The notes under the pieces were generated by a model. It saw only the letters and a list, made by a program, of their open reading frames with translations. It had not been told where the DNA came from and made no database searches. DNA of 57,209 nucleotides, filler included, from Sphacelaria rigidula (Eukaryota): the NCBI GenBank assembly GCA_964200075.2. It is 5 parts of 5 records of this genome, joined end to end, with 100 filler letters (N's around TTAATTAATTAA, not from the genome) between each part and the next. Parts side by side here need not be neighbours in the genome. Positions count along the whole stretch, not along the records: positions 1 to 11,365 come from CAXNAA020005020.1; positions 11,466 to 22,830 come from CAXNAA020005021.1; 3 more parts are not named here. One strand, written 5' to 3'. The translations under genes and the position numbers were made by a program. This document shows positions 1 to 12,620 of the stretch, in pieces (position 1 is the first letter of the stretch; every line of letters starts with the position of its first letter).

Positions 1-1530
1 GAATCGTTAGGAGTCCCTGAACCAGACAAAATTTCGCGAAAAAAGTGCATCCCTACCGTAGCATTGCTCGATATGTAGAAGAGTTGAACAACGTGCAGTT
101 TTGTATTGCCTGTAGTGTCCATGAGCGAATTCGCAAGTCGGTCGCCCACCCTAGCGCGCAATTCCGTTCCTGACCCCTACAAGAAGAGATGCTCAAGTTT
201 CCGCCGGCAAAAATAAGCACATCATGCCTAGAGGATGGTTGTGTCGGTTCCCTATTACTGTAGCGTACGCACCCGCCCTCAACTCATGATCTATGCTGCT
301 GCTTGCGTTGGGTTGTTGGGGAAATTGTGTGAGGTTTGCGTTCTTGTGTAGAAGGTGGTGTCCAGTGTGGTGGTATGCAAGATAGGAGTCGAGTGCCCAT
401 TTGTTATTTTTCGCCGCGTGTTTTCGATTGAAAAGGCTAAGGTTTTCACCCTCCTGTCGCGCGCAGATAATTATAAAATGGACTTGAATTCATCCAAGGA
501 CATAAATGCCGCGGACGTATCAGATACGAGCTTATTACGACCAATTCGATTCCACCGTTCTATCGAGTCGAAGAAAATGATCTGATACGGCCTGAGTCGA
601 TGCGAAATCTCTCCAGGAGTATGCGCCCTAGCCTCGCCTCAACCGCGTCAAAGAAAGGCACAATCCTGAAGTTTTCAACGAGCTACTTGAAGCTAGGTCG
701 GGCTAAGGTTCACTCTACGCAGAGCTATAGCGAGCCCAAGGCAAATGAAGTGAAAATACCTCGCGTATGTGTTTGGAGGCTGCTGTGCGTACGATTGCGT
801 CTTTTTCGAAATGCTGTAGAGTCGGGGAGCCATCACGGATTTGTCCGTGATAGATACGGCATACCCTCGCTCAAGCGCTCCTACACAATAGCTTTGCACA
901 GTATCCCGTGGCCGAGGCTGAGATTCGCCCGAATGAGCTAGAGCGCCTGCAATGCTGAGCAAACAACGGGAGGCCTTCGGGCGCACACCGTGCCGAGTAG
1001 CAACCAATCCCACTCAGGGCACGAGTTGGTTGGAGGGAACCTGGACTAGTTTTTCCAAGCGCATTGAAGCAGTTGGTTGTCGTTGTCACTCAAAAAAACT
1101 CGTCTAGCGCGCGTAAAGTACTAAGTCGAGAGGGGGCAGTTATTGATTTCGAGCTACGACATATTTACGTGTGCCTTACTTGATGCTGGCAGGCTGAATT
1201 CCCAACGTTGGTGCATGGTGATGCGGGGCTTGTCGCAGCTGCATCGCATGATGACGCGGACACGGTGGTGACAGGTGTGATACGAGTATTGTTCTGTGCG
1301 GGGGAAGGATAGATTCAATGGGCTGAATATGCGAGGGGAAACATGGTACGAATCAGCATACAGCAAGGTAAAGCAAGGGGTGGCAGCCGCAGTCAGAGAA
1401 ATATGCGTTTTGCCCTCATTTAGCTTTAAAGTCGAGCTTGTTGTTGGCCGCCCAAGGTGAACAGCGCTCTACCCGCCCGAAGTTGAATATTGCCATAACA
1501 TTAGGGCAACCCCCCCCCCCCTGCAGAAAT

Positions 1531-1751
1531 AGAGCGGGGGCCAGGCGAATCATAGCTGGTCCGAATCACCAAATCTACGATTTCGGAGACCTGATCACTC
1601 GGGTCACAAACGCCTATATCCATTTTTGCGCTTTCTCACGTGCCTGGGATGCGAGGCTGAAAACTAGGCCTAATGATGTTCTCCTCCGGTATGAATCAGT
1701 TACACTAAAAGCAAGTAAGTTTCAGACGAATGGCTCTTCATCCGACCCTTG
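1531..1751 (-). mobile_element. MITE family B, diverged copy
   Basis: Contains CGAATCACCAAATCTACGATTTC and GCTGAAAAC, and ends CATCCGACCCTTG. Possible TSD GCAGAAAT / GAAGAAAT. Confidence 0.55.
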
Positions 1752-2879
1752 GAAGAAATGTGTTCTTCTCTTGAAGGACCGTGTAATGAGGAATGCAGTC
1801 GATCCACGTGTCCTGGATATCAAAATGCCGCTGAAGAGCGCTGCTGCAGTAAGCATCTGTAGGCCAGCCTTACAACTAAATGAATTCAGTTTTATGAATC
1901 AACGATTGGGATATAACCAATTCGGTGGATGGCGACCTACAGCATGTGTACCAGTGGTTTGCTTTTGGTGCTATCAAAGCCAAATCATCGGAATTTATTA
2001 ACATCAACCAATGTGTAGTGGTCCCAATACACAACCGCACACGTACTCGAAGAAAACTTGAATCTTTGCCATTTTTTCAGTCGCGTGCAAAAATTCGGCT
2101 CTTTTAGGAGTCGCTTGTGACCCCACCATAACGTGACCGAAGATGAGAAGATAGACTTGAAGACAGGTGTGTTGAGGCTCTCCCCACTTCACAGTGCGTT
2201 GCCTGTTGCTGCGGGTTTCCAAGTTTGGAGGCATACCACGCGTGTGCGGGAACAGGCGTCTGTTTGCCTTGGGAATATTCACTACCCTTGAAGGATAGTA
2301 CGCGGCAAAGAGCTGCACAGCATCCCGCCCTGGAGCTGTCTATCGGAGGGTCGTGAGGAGCCGTCCCGAGTTCAATTTTCGACTTGGAAGAAACGAAACG
2401 TTTGCGAAACATTGTATAGAACTCACGAGTATGGCATATGGACAGCCAGCGCGTGCACTACGCGCACGATGTCGAAAACGATCAACACAAAAGCACCCTA
2501 CACTCCACGTGTATCGAACGAAAGAATTCTCCCTCCGAAAAGAAGCGAGTTTGAGTACGCGATACCAAACTTTTTTCACGTGTGGGCAACACAGCAGCAA
2601 CGCAGATACACCCCTAATGCCTCACCAAAAACTACGTAGCAACCCCAATCTTTGTTGTCGTGCTTTGCCATGCCTTGCTCCGATCAGTCTGCTGCGGTAT
2701 TACTTGGATCCTATTATGCTGTTGTGGACAAGTCGACGGCGCGTGGATAACTTGGTATTGGGGCATGTGGTTGATCTCTCGTCCCCAATCATGGCCTTTG
2801 GTCTTTCCCCCTACTGCTGGTTTCGTGCTCAACGCTTACTTTGTCGTGGACACGCTCTTGCATTCTTACCGATATCCAG

Positions 2880-5800
2880 GTATCGTTGGGTGCGCTGGAC
2901 TTGTCCCCACTGTCGAGGCTATCAAGAAGAAGAAAACTATCGCGCTGGCGAACAAAGAAACACTCATCGCGGGCGGACCAGCCGTGCTTCCCCTGCTCAA
3001 GGAGTATGGCGTCGACATGATACCTGCCGACTCGGAGCATTCGGCGATTTTTCAATGTCTGCAGGTCAGATAATGTTCGGCTCAACCTCTATACTCGAAC
3101 GGTTTACACGGCATGAACAATGAGGAGGGGTGATGGCAATGAAGAAGATGCTGAATTGTTTTTTTCTTTAGGGCTAACCACGAAAACTCACCCGCACGTT
3201 GCTGCAGGTGCTTTATTTTACATCAATACTGACAACAACACCTCGCTTTATATTCAATGAGATGGCTGAATTGTGGGCGAAATCGCGTGGATCGCAATAA
3301 GCAATTAGGCTGTAGATATTCATCGGCTACTGACAGCTTCGTTGTAATGTAGACAAAAGACAAGACCTCGCTGGATGGCACGAGCGATAGTGGATGGCAG
3401 CGGAGGCCGCCAATCGCCTGTTCAATCGAAAACGCTGTTGCTCCTATAATAGCGGCATCTAGCATCCCCATGACCTCGTGACAAAAAGTGACAAGTACTG
3501 TACTTGGTCATCAGAGTACGTAGTACACAAGTCTGTCGCCTCAAGGTGCTGTTGCTTAGTAAACACGTTTTTGGTTCGGGTGCCAGGGCTTTCCACCAGA
3601 TGCTCTGCGGAGAATTATTCTGACAGCTTCAGGAGGGGCATTCCGCGACTGGCCTGCAGAGGACCTGGCTAAGGTGAGAGTCATTTGGACGGAGCGGCGA
3701 TGGCATACTATACAGCATCCCATTCTATTATTGTAGATATGTACTTTGGATAGAGTCCAAGGGCTCCGCTTTACTGGTGGTGAAAGTTGTAAGGATGTGT
3801 ACCTTTTTTGGACTTTTATGCTGATGTAGGTACTCTATGTAGTCGATCTGGAGACGGAACAGAGGACACTGTCCGCCTTGTGGTGTAGGCTATCATGCTG
3901 TAACATCCCCCCCCTTAGAACAGATTGGTCGTGCTTTTGGAAAAAATGGCTAATGGCTAGTGCTGTTCACTGATAGCAATACATACTGGTCGTCACAGTA
4001 TTACGATATAATGATATTAGGACCAATGTGCGGAAATAATAGTAATAAATAATACGGGGTCGCCGAGACAGCAGTACACAGTACATTCCGACCTATTGTC
4101 GTTGTCATTGTCCAGAAAATGCAAGTATGTTATTGTCATATTCGCAGTGATTGTCCCACGTTTCTGCAATTAATGTTTCGACGGCTGCTGGCAAGTGCTG
4201 CTTGCATGTGCAAAAGACGCCGCGCTAGGTTGCGTGCAGCACGAGTGATCTGATCTGCGATCACGTTTCGGAACGGTACAATGGAGAATGACTTTGAGTT
4301 TGTACAAATACCAATATCTGGTGTTGGTGCTTTCGAAGAGACGTCCTCCGCCAATTTGTGCACTATACTCATAGTCGATAAAATCGGATCGGAGTTCGTT
4401 AACGATGTACCGCCAGAAATGATAACTTATGCGCCCCTGTATGTTGGCGGCCGCACGCTTGATCCAGTTCTTTGACTTGGCAGTGTCTTGTTTTTCAGGG
4501 GATGGTACCTCAGATGGTATTATTGCTGGCGAAACGCTGCGTCTTTATTCCGCCTTATAATCCCAACGCTCATCCTCCTCGGGACGAGTGTGGAGCCTCG
4601 GGGGAAAAACCCATATCTCTAGCGGTACAGCTCTGACATTCCGGTATCGTGGATTGGAGGAGCTCTCCGCTTCCCTTCAAACTTTTATTTGCAACTCATG
4701 TACTCGCGTTCCAGCTACAGAAATCTCTCACCAGGGAGAACAAAGCGTTTTCAGTTTTATATGCTGAGGTCAAACCCCCTTTTGTGCTGTTGGGTAGAAC
4801 ACCTGGGCTTGGTGATGTCATTATTCGACGATCAATGCATGTTCATGGCGTACTGCTTCTAGGTAAATCCTCCTGGGAAGAAAATGTCGCTCGAAACGTT
4901 CGTTGGCTTCGTCTTTTTTTTCTAAGAAAAGCGTGCGTCACTTCTGTATTTGGTACATCATGGGCGCAGGGGTTATTTTTATTTCAGCGGTGTCCTTGTG
5001 TATGCCTAGGAAAAAACGACACTTACTGTGCTGCACAGCAGAAAGCACTTGTCGGGGGTGAAACACTCGATAACTTTGACTACCCAGCCATTGATCACCC
5101 CTCGGTCGAGGCCAGCGTTGGTGAAAAGTGTCGGAGCTGTAAATCCACGTGAACGTCTCCCGCGTGTCAGCTGTGTACCAAATAATGTGTGAGGGCAGCG
5201 GAGGAGTTTGTGCTTGTTCAGTGCGAAACGGTTGGCGTGTAAAACGTTGGTTAGTATTGGGGGTATGAACGAAATTAACGCGTAGCGTTTTTGGTTCGAA
5301 CGCTTTTCGCGGGATGACTGAACGGAACCGGACGGTGCGGTCGGTCAACAGAGAGTACAGAACGGGACGTGAAGTGCGACCCCGAAACAGTGGTCGAGAT
5401 GGGAGTGAAAGTTTTCTCGTTGCCTGCATAAATGACGGGACGGAACGGACACTCTTTTGAGGATTTTTCGAGACGGGACGAACGAGCCTCGTTCTGTGAG
5501 ATTGCGTCTCGCTTACACGGGAAATACCAATGCCTCCCCGTGAGATCCCGTCCGTCCTCACGGTGAAGTGTGTATCATAACCTCAACCCAACCGTGTTGA
5601 AACCAGAATGTTGAAGAGAACTTGCTATTATTAGGAATGATTATTCGGCCCACGAACGAAGTGACATATAACAGTTATTGGAATGAAAAAGACGTCAACA
5701 ACAATTCATTCGAATGAAAACAAGAACAACTACTAGTACGGTAGGAGTCTACAATACCATGTACCGAAGAACCACACTCCATCAGCAACTCATACAAATG

Positions 5801-8800
5801 TGGCTGCTGGCTGAGCTTGTCGGTTTCACCAAACATAATCTCTCCCGACTGCCGTTGACTAGTCGTGATGATATTGATCGCTACGGTTCGTGTCAGCACT
5901 GTCCTATGCATAAGCACTGCAAACTGATAGCCTGCAAAGAGTGTACGAGTTCTGTAGGAAAGTATCTCACATTGGTGCCGATCCGAGTTGCACGCGATGC
6001 CTCTTCTTCATCACCCAACACGACACACGTATGCTTCCCCGCCAACGGACTGGGGCTAGCACAAGAGGTGAAGGACGCACTTCGATATATTTGTCGTCGT
6101 TATAGGGCAGACTGACTACTGGACAGATCGGGGCCAGTGTAGCAGTTGGTGGTACTTGAGACATGTTGATGCTAAATTCCAGTACTTATTGCTGAACTGT
6201 ACTCCACCATGTCCCGCTGAGATATGACGGGGGAATCCTGTCTGGTTCACGAGATGTTCCGCGAGACGAAACGGGATGTCCCGTGAGAACAGGAAGGAAG
6301 CGGGAAAAATGAAGAGGGCATAGGGAAAAGACTTGACGGGTACGTTTCTGTTGATGGGAAAATGACAGAACGGCAATTAGTCAGAGAAAGTGGCCCTTCC
6401 GACGTGCGGGCTCGCCTCACACTTGATACATCGATCGATATGATTATCGCACACTCACACATGATCCCCGAGCGACCCAGTCGTGGTCATTATCCACATG
6501 ATGGCATCATAGCATCGTAGACGTACCCAAGGTATACAGAATAGTAGCGCCTGCTCGAGAAAAATTATGGTGAAGAGAACGAAAAGATGGAACGAACAAC
6601 CGGAGTATACTAAATGAGGAAAGCAAACGGCACAACAAGAACAAACCAAGTTGACAAGGGACAGGAGAGGAACGGAGAAGAACTACCGAAATATAAGTGA
6701 GGAAATAAAACGAGAAATGGCCGGCCCCGGGAGCATGACTTCAGGTGAAAACGGCCCTTCGCGAAAAAGGAAGAAAGTAAGCAGTCACCCACACAAGAAA
6801 CAAAACAAACAGTCCGTGAAAGCAGGTCGCGGCTCAGCTCTTTCGGACGAACCTATTTGGGCATGAGCTCGCACCCATCAACACTACCGAAGCAAGGCAC
6901 CAAAATGGTCCTGTACACTGAGCGGAGAGAAACAGCCGAAGGGAGAGATTGGAAAAAAGAGCGAGAGCAAAAAAGGAAACGATGAAACCCAAGGACACAG
7001 TAGAGAGTATGTACAAAAACACAGGCAGCAAACACCGCAAGACCATGGGGTGTGGTGAAAAGGTCAACAACTGATGAGATGAGGCAGGGGTAGATCGTTT
7101 TCCGTTTTAACTCGGCTTCCCCACTCATCACTAGTCGGGTACAAAACGGGACACTCTCTCCACTATTCCCATCGTGGACTCCTACTGCGCTGGTACTGTT
7201 GTGTCAGCGGTTGCGGCTATCCGATTAGCATCTCTCAATACACCACCCTCTTGGTTGTGGCGAAGGTCGGATTGGAGTTTGTCTTGGCGTCGCCACGTCT
7301 CCTAGAAGTCTTGTGCTCCTTTCTCGACGCAAAGATGCAATTTACCGTATGGTGTTCGCCGCATCAACCGAATCGTATTCGTCTTCTACCTCCACACCAT
7401 AGATAAACCATTTCCGTCATGCTGCTTCGCGTGGAAGAGCCCCTAGCGCACGTAGGTTCCGCTGAAGGCGGTTCACTCAGCCCCCTAACCGGTCAGCCTC
7501 CTTGTGCCCTTGTCCAGTTGCCGAGCGAACTTCCGGTTCTACATTTTCCCGGACACTTCGATGCAGCTGTACTCTTGGATGTTGAGGTACACTTGTAAGA
7601 AAAAAGTGGATGGTGTCAGGTACAGATCACGTGGCCATGGGTCAGAGTCGTATCGCAGTCCCCATCAACAAGACAGCAGCATTGTTGTTGAGGCGCTAAC
7701 AATACAAAATTGAGCAAAAAACACGGAGCAGATGAAGAATGATGTGAAGAAATAACAGATTTTTCCAAGCGTGCATTCTTGTTTTCTTTCTATTCTATCG
7801 GCAACATGAACCTTGTGTGGGCGGACCGCTGTCCTTGAGCGGTGGACAATGAGCTCGATTTTGAGAAGAAAAAACGCCAAAGACCACGCGTCGTTGCTCG
7901 GGCTTCGCCTTCGCGTGGCTGTTGCATCGCCACAGAAACAAAATACGAGTATGGTTTTTTGTCATGGGCGGGATGTGTTGGTTGCACCCACCTTGAATAT
8001 GATTGTAACGACAAAACCGGCCGATGCGTGTGACACATACTTTCTTGTTGCTTTCTGTTGGCGGCGCTATCCTTGTGTTGAAAAGTTGCAATGCGTCGAA
8101 TAGGAAACTCCATTCGCCAGCTACCGTCACACAAATATCACGCCGTGTTATTTTCCCTTTGTTCACAGACTCACTTGTTTCCCGACCGCTTGCAAACTGC
8201 ACCCCGTTTGGGCATTGTCCCTCCTGTTCTCTAGGTGACTGTCGCGGATGCACTGACGCACCCAAACTGGGACATGGGTGCAAAGATCACTGTGGACAGC
8301 GCAACAATGATGAACAAAGGGCTGGAGGTGATCGAGGCGCACTACTTGTTCGGAGCCGACTACGACGATATTGACATCGTGGTACATCCGGAGAGTATCA
8401 TCCATTCAATGGTGAGTAAGCCTGACAACACCATCGGAGAACGGAATAAACCACCCAGTGTTTTGGTTTGGAGGGACATAGTTTCGCTCCCTGCTAGGTT
8501 GAGGTGACTTGCCGGAGTTTTTCAAGCCTGGTTTTGCCCAGTTTGGGTTTGATGCGGCTTGAGTTTCCACATGTCGAACATGTCGCCTGTATTGTTGGCG
8601 TTGGTGGCCAAACTGTCTTTCGATATGTCATGAGATGGAGACATGTATCTGTCTTGACTTCTGCAGGTCGAAGCTCAGGACACGAGCGTGATCGCGCAAC
8701 TGGGGTGGCCAGACATGCGCTTGCCACTGCTGTATTCGCTTTCCTGGCCTCACCGGGTACGCATGTCTTACGACCAGCTGAACTTGGCTAAACTAGGTGA

Positions 8801-10338
8801 GTTTGAAATGCCTAGCGGTCAAAATATCGAATAGAGCGTCTTTTACGTGTTGTCACAAACTCTAATAGCTACGATATCACCCAGACGTACATGCAATAAT
8901 TGATCGATATCACCCAGACGTACATGCAATAATTGATCGATATCACCCAGACGACATGGACGCTGCTCCCTTTATTCACTACTATGGTACCATAGTCTAC
9001 TCCCTGCGAAAAGTGCACGGTTGTGCTCTGTAGGGTGTACCGGCTGAAATTGGGGTATTTACAGTATTAATAGTATTCAAGAGGCATTTTATCGATAAAT
9101 ACCCTCCTGGACCATGACGGATTGTTCGGAACACGACTCGATATCCTTCCGAACTATCCTGGAGTGTTACACTATACATTTCGGCATGGTTTAATGTGCC
9201 AACCAAAGCCCCCCCAACCCTGGGTACTGTATACCCTGCCGAACACATGCTTGAAAAGATGCATACCTATGATGTTGCTGATCAACCAAGGATGGCGCCA
9301 TGGCTGACGTCATTGTCAACGCCTTGTGCAGGCGGAAGAGACGCCCACCATGTGTTGTCTCAAGCTGTGTTGACGTGAAATCTCTACATCTCGCATCCGC
9401 CCGTCATGTCTGCAATTATTTCGGTGTGTTTGCAGCTAAGCTGACCTTCAGGGAGCCAGATCGAAGAAAGTATCCGTGCATTGACCTGGCGTATGCTGCA
9501 GGGCGGAAGGGAGGTAGCATGACGGCTGCCATGAACGCGGCCAACGAACGAGCGAATGAAATTTTCCGGAATGGCGTCATTACGGTGATGGGTTTGACGA
9601 CTTTTGCCGCCATCTGTCGCATCATTTTTTTATGGACGTTTTCTCGTGTCCGGATAAAAAGCCGGTCAGGGGCGCTTTCTTTGGTTTTTCTTTCCGGATT
9701 AATCCTTTGTCATGGATTCGACCGATGACCACTTGTTGATCGAACGACGCCCACCGCAGTGAAGCCCTTGGTGAAAAGTACTGTTCTTAACTTCGTCATC
9801 TCCACTTGGTGGAAAGCCGAGTGCTTTTTCATGACTGCGACCACCATGTTATATTTTTTATCCCCGTCTTGCGCACATGTTTTTTTCCTGATGATCCTAC
9901 ACTGCCGACGCTGAGGCAGATTGCCCGTGTCCACATATCGACGATATTGTTTCGCTTAACGGCTTCGTTCATCCGCTCGTGTGCTTGTCGCTCGTTGTGC
10001 AGTTTTTAGAGATTCCGCAAGTAATCGAGGGCGCTATGGAAGCTCACAAGGCAGATTTCGCGGCGACGCCCTCCGTCGACGACATAGTAGATGTGAGTTC
10101 ACTGCATGTAGTGCTGAAGCACTAGATGGATGGTTGCAAGCGCTACGCTATGAAAATGACCATGGATAAAATATTTTTGTATTCGGCATCTAAACTTGAT
10201 TTGCCCTGAATCAAACCTGAACCCGTCGCCCCGTGCGTTGTCGTTGTCGCTGATGTTGATGTTCATCAGGTGGACCTGTGGGCGCGGGGGAAGGTAGACG
10301 AAATTGCGACGCAGCAAAAAATGCTCGTGGGCGTGTGA
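2880..10338 (+). CDS. DXR: 1-deoxy-D-xylulose 5-phosphate reductoisomerase (MEP pathway), 5'-partial, 7 exons
   Basis: GT-AG exons in consistent phase: 2880-3064 ([30 protein letters not shown]), 3587-3673 (..[13 protein letters not shown]..), 8235-8411 (..[40 protein letters not shown]), 8667-8796 (..[11 protein letters not shown]..), 9436-9584 (..NAANE..), 10003-10092, 10270-10338 (VDLWAR..TGA). All are hallmark DXR motifs. No N-terminal exons were found in the window. Confidence 0.97.
8872..8953. repeat. 33-bp tandem repeat, 2.5 exact copies, in a DXR intron
   Basis: CGATATCACCCAGACGTACATGCAATAATTGAT twice, plus a partial third copy. Confidence 0.95.
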
Positions 10339-10823
10339 AGGACTCGGTTTTTCTAGTAGATATCGCACTTTTTATAGTATGAGCGACGTTGTGTACGTCT
10401 CTCGGTCCTTTGCGGACACTTCCTAGCTCGTTTACTTGATGAGAGTGCAGTGGTGGAGTGAAATTATGTATTTTTTTGTTTGTAGTAATGTCAGGATGCA
10501 GGACTGACTGTGTGGAATATTTTTAGACTGACCAGAGTTTCAAGTACCAGCCAAGCGAAAAACGGGAAAACAGGGCTGACACGAAAAGGGATCGGCATCA
10601 CATAGCGATGCCCAAGAGTATGAGTAGTAATTACTTTCGGCTTGCCTGTTGCCTTTATTGTGGACACATCCATTTCACTGCATTACATGGAGGCATACAT
10701 TGCAGTAAACGCGGCAGTGACAATCAAGTACCGCTACCGTAACAGTCGCCAAAAAATCGGTATAAAAGTGATGTACAGCTTCTCTTGAACGGAAGGGTGC
10801 GTAGGTGGGTAAGTCACCTCCAA

Positions 10824-11354
10824 GGGTAGGTCGAGTAGAGTATACTCAATACTCAATATTTTTGAAGAGTCATACTTTTAGTACTCGAAGTTTAAGTAGA
10901 GTATTTGAGATCATACTCGACGTAATCAGAATTTGAGTAGATTATTTGAGGCCGTACTCAACGTACTCAAACTTTGAGCAGATTATTGAGTTTACTCAAC
11001 GTACTCAAAATCTGAGTATTGGAGGCCGTACCCAACGTACTCCAAATTTGAGTAGAGTATTTGAGACCATACTCGACCTACTCAGAATTTGAGTAGAGCA
11101 TTTGAGGCCGTACTCTTCGTACTCAAAATTTGGGTAGGGTATTTGAGGCCGCACTCGATCTACTCAAAAGTTGAGTAGAGTATCGGAGGCCGGATCCGAT
11201 GTACCAAAACCTATAACTTCAACGTCTTCCTTCCTCTGGCGGCTGTTGCGATGTTTTCCCGTCTTGCACTGCTTCCACCGCTGACGCTCCCATGGAGGAG
11301 TCACATATGTGGCCAGTAGAGTCGTCCATTTTGATAATACCTACTCCACTACCC
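10824..11354. repeat. TIR-bounded element containing about 8 copies of a 41-bp palindromic tandem repeat (10881-11200)
   Basis: Consensus GTACTCAAAATTTGAGTAGAGTATTTGAGGCCGTACTCGAC. Ends GGGTAGGTCGAGTAGAGTAT / ATACCTACTCCACTACCC form an imperfect inverted pair. Confidence 0.8.
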
Positions 11355-11365
11355 GTCTATTCGAA

Positions 11366-11465
11366 NNNNNNNNNNNNNNNNNNNNNNNNNNNNNNNNNNN
11401 NNNNNNNNNTTAATTAATTAANNNNNNNNNNNNNNNNNNNNNNNNNNNNNNNNNNNNNNNNNNNN
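11366..11465. other. Artificial assembly spacer (44 N + TTAATTAATTAA + 44 N)
   Basis: Identical 100-nt spacers also occur at 22831-22930, 34292-34391 and 45751-45850. The 12-mer gives stop codons in all six frames. Confidence 0.97.
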
Positions 11466-11699
11466 TAGTATAATTGATTCGGCTCGTACGAATCAATCTC
11501 CAGGCTTCGTTTTCAGCGTTGCAACCCAGGTACACGCAGCCTAGACACGTGGAATGGCGCAAAACTTGCGTGGATACCCCTCGAACGAGCGGTCAATTTG
11601 TTTCTCCCTTTTGGGGAATCAGGCCGAAGAAATCGTGGATTTGGCGATTCGTAGTCGTGATTATTCGTCCCAACCCTGCGATGATTCGTCCTAACCGTG
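11466..11699 (+). mobile_element. MITE family B copy, 5' end lost in spacer
   Basis: Shares GATTCGGCTCGTACGAATCAAT, TTTTCAGCGTTGCAACCCAGGTACACGCAG and the 3' end ATTCGTCCTAACCGTG with the complete copies. Confidence 0.8.
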
Positions 11700-12525
11700 A
11701 AACATTGTTTCCGACTAGTTGGTAATTTCTGCTGGCAAAAGCCATGTTTCACAGGGTTGTTAGTACTGAGGGAACTATTTCTGGAAGAAAGGTGATCACG
11801 TCAGCAAGGAGAGCTGGCGCTACAGGAAGACCATCGCGAGTACAACGTCTGCAGGGTGAAGAGTGTGTGTCACTGCGCACACGACAAGCGGTTGGTATTG
11901 AAAAAAACTGGACGGTGCGATTCACATGTTGATGCCAAGATGTCCCACTACGTGTGTTCAGAGGTCAGGGGGCAACCCTGCAGTCTGTGGTACTGAACTC
12001 TATGGGGTAATAGTTAACCTCCTTTATTGAACTCGTACATAAACCGGAGCATATGTCACACACAACGCTGGGCGGTGAAATACCATGAAAGTACTCCACA
12101 AGATATCGGCAATTTCAAAGGTTTTGGACTACCGAAAACTTCAGGTGAACACCCCTCACCACCTTACCAAGACTTAATACTGGAGGCAGAACCGAACAGC
12201 AACCACCTTGATCGCTGTTAGGCTGCCATTAAGTCTGTGACGTAAGCTCCAGTACTGTCTGTAAGGAGCTCTTGCTCCCTGCCCAGGCGCCGGTGCAGGG
12301 GTGCTCGGCACGAGATACAGGTCGCACCCAAACGGGTGCTCCGTCAGCTCTAGCGCGAGATGGCGCGGGAACAAAGAACGGAGGAAAATGAGAGGCAGGA
12401 AGCCTGGAACGTGCTTGTTAGCTCTATTACTTGAATCCTTCACCCATGAGCAGGCAAAGTTTGACGACGCAGCTGGCAAGATGTCGTGCGGCCTCTGTAC
12501 CGTTGTTCCCTCTGTACACTCTAAA

Positions 12526-12620
12526 GCCGCCGCGCCCCGGTGGTGTAATGGTCCGACTGTCGCCATTAGGGTGGAGAGTCCAGGGGTTCGATTCCCGATG
12601 CGTTGGATTTTTTCTTCGTA
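12526..12620 (+). other. tRNA-like Pol III promoter head (SINE head or tRNA relic)
   Basis: A box TGGTGTAATGG (12541) and B box GGTTCGATTCC (12585), followed by a T-run. There is no complementary acceptor stem. Confidence 0.55.

Noticed and set aside
1925..2107. Ulp1/C48 protease-like fragment (HVYQWF..VVVPIH)
   Set aside because: The resemblance is too short and the catalytic HW motif is absent.
355..2800. Numerous short ORFs upstream of the first DXR exon
   Set aside because: No DXR N-terminal motifs or other recognisable domains; consistent with intronic repeat debris.
10881..11200. CRISPR-like array
   Set aside because: The units are contiguous degenerate tandem repeats without unique spacers, the context is eukaryotic, and no cas genes are present.
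11410..11421. Recurrent TTAATTAATTAA motif
   Set aside because: Artificial linker inside N spacers, not biological.
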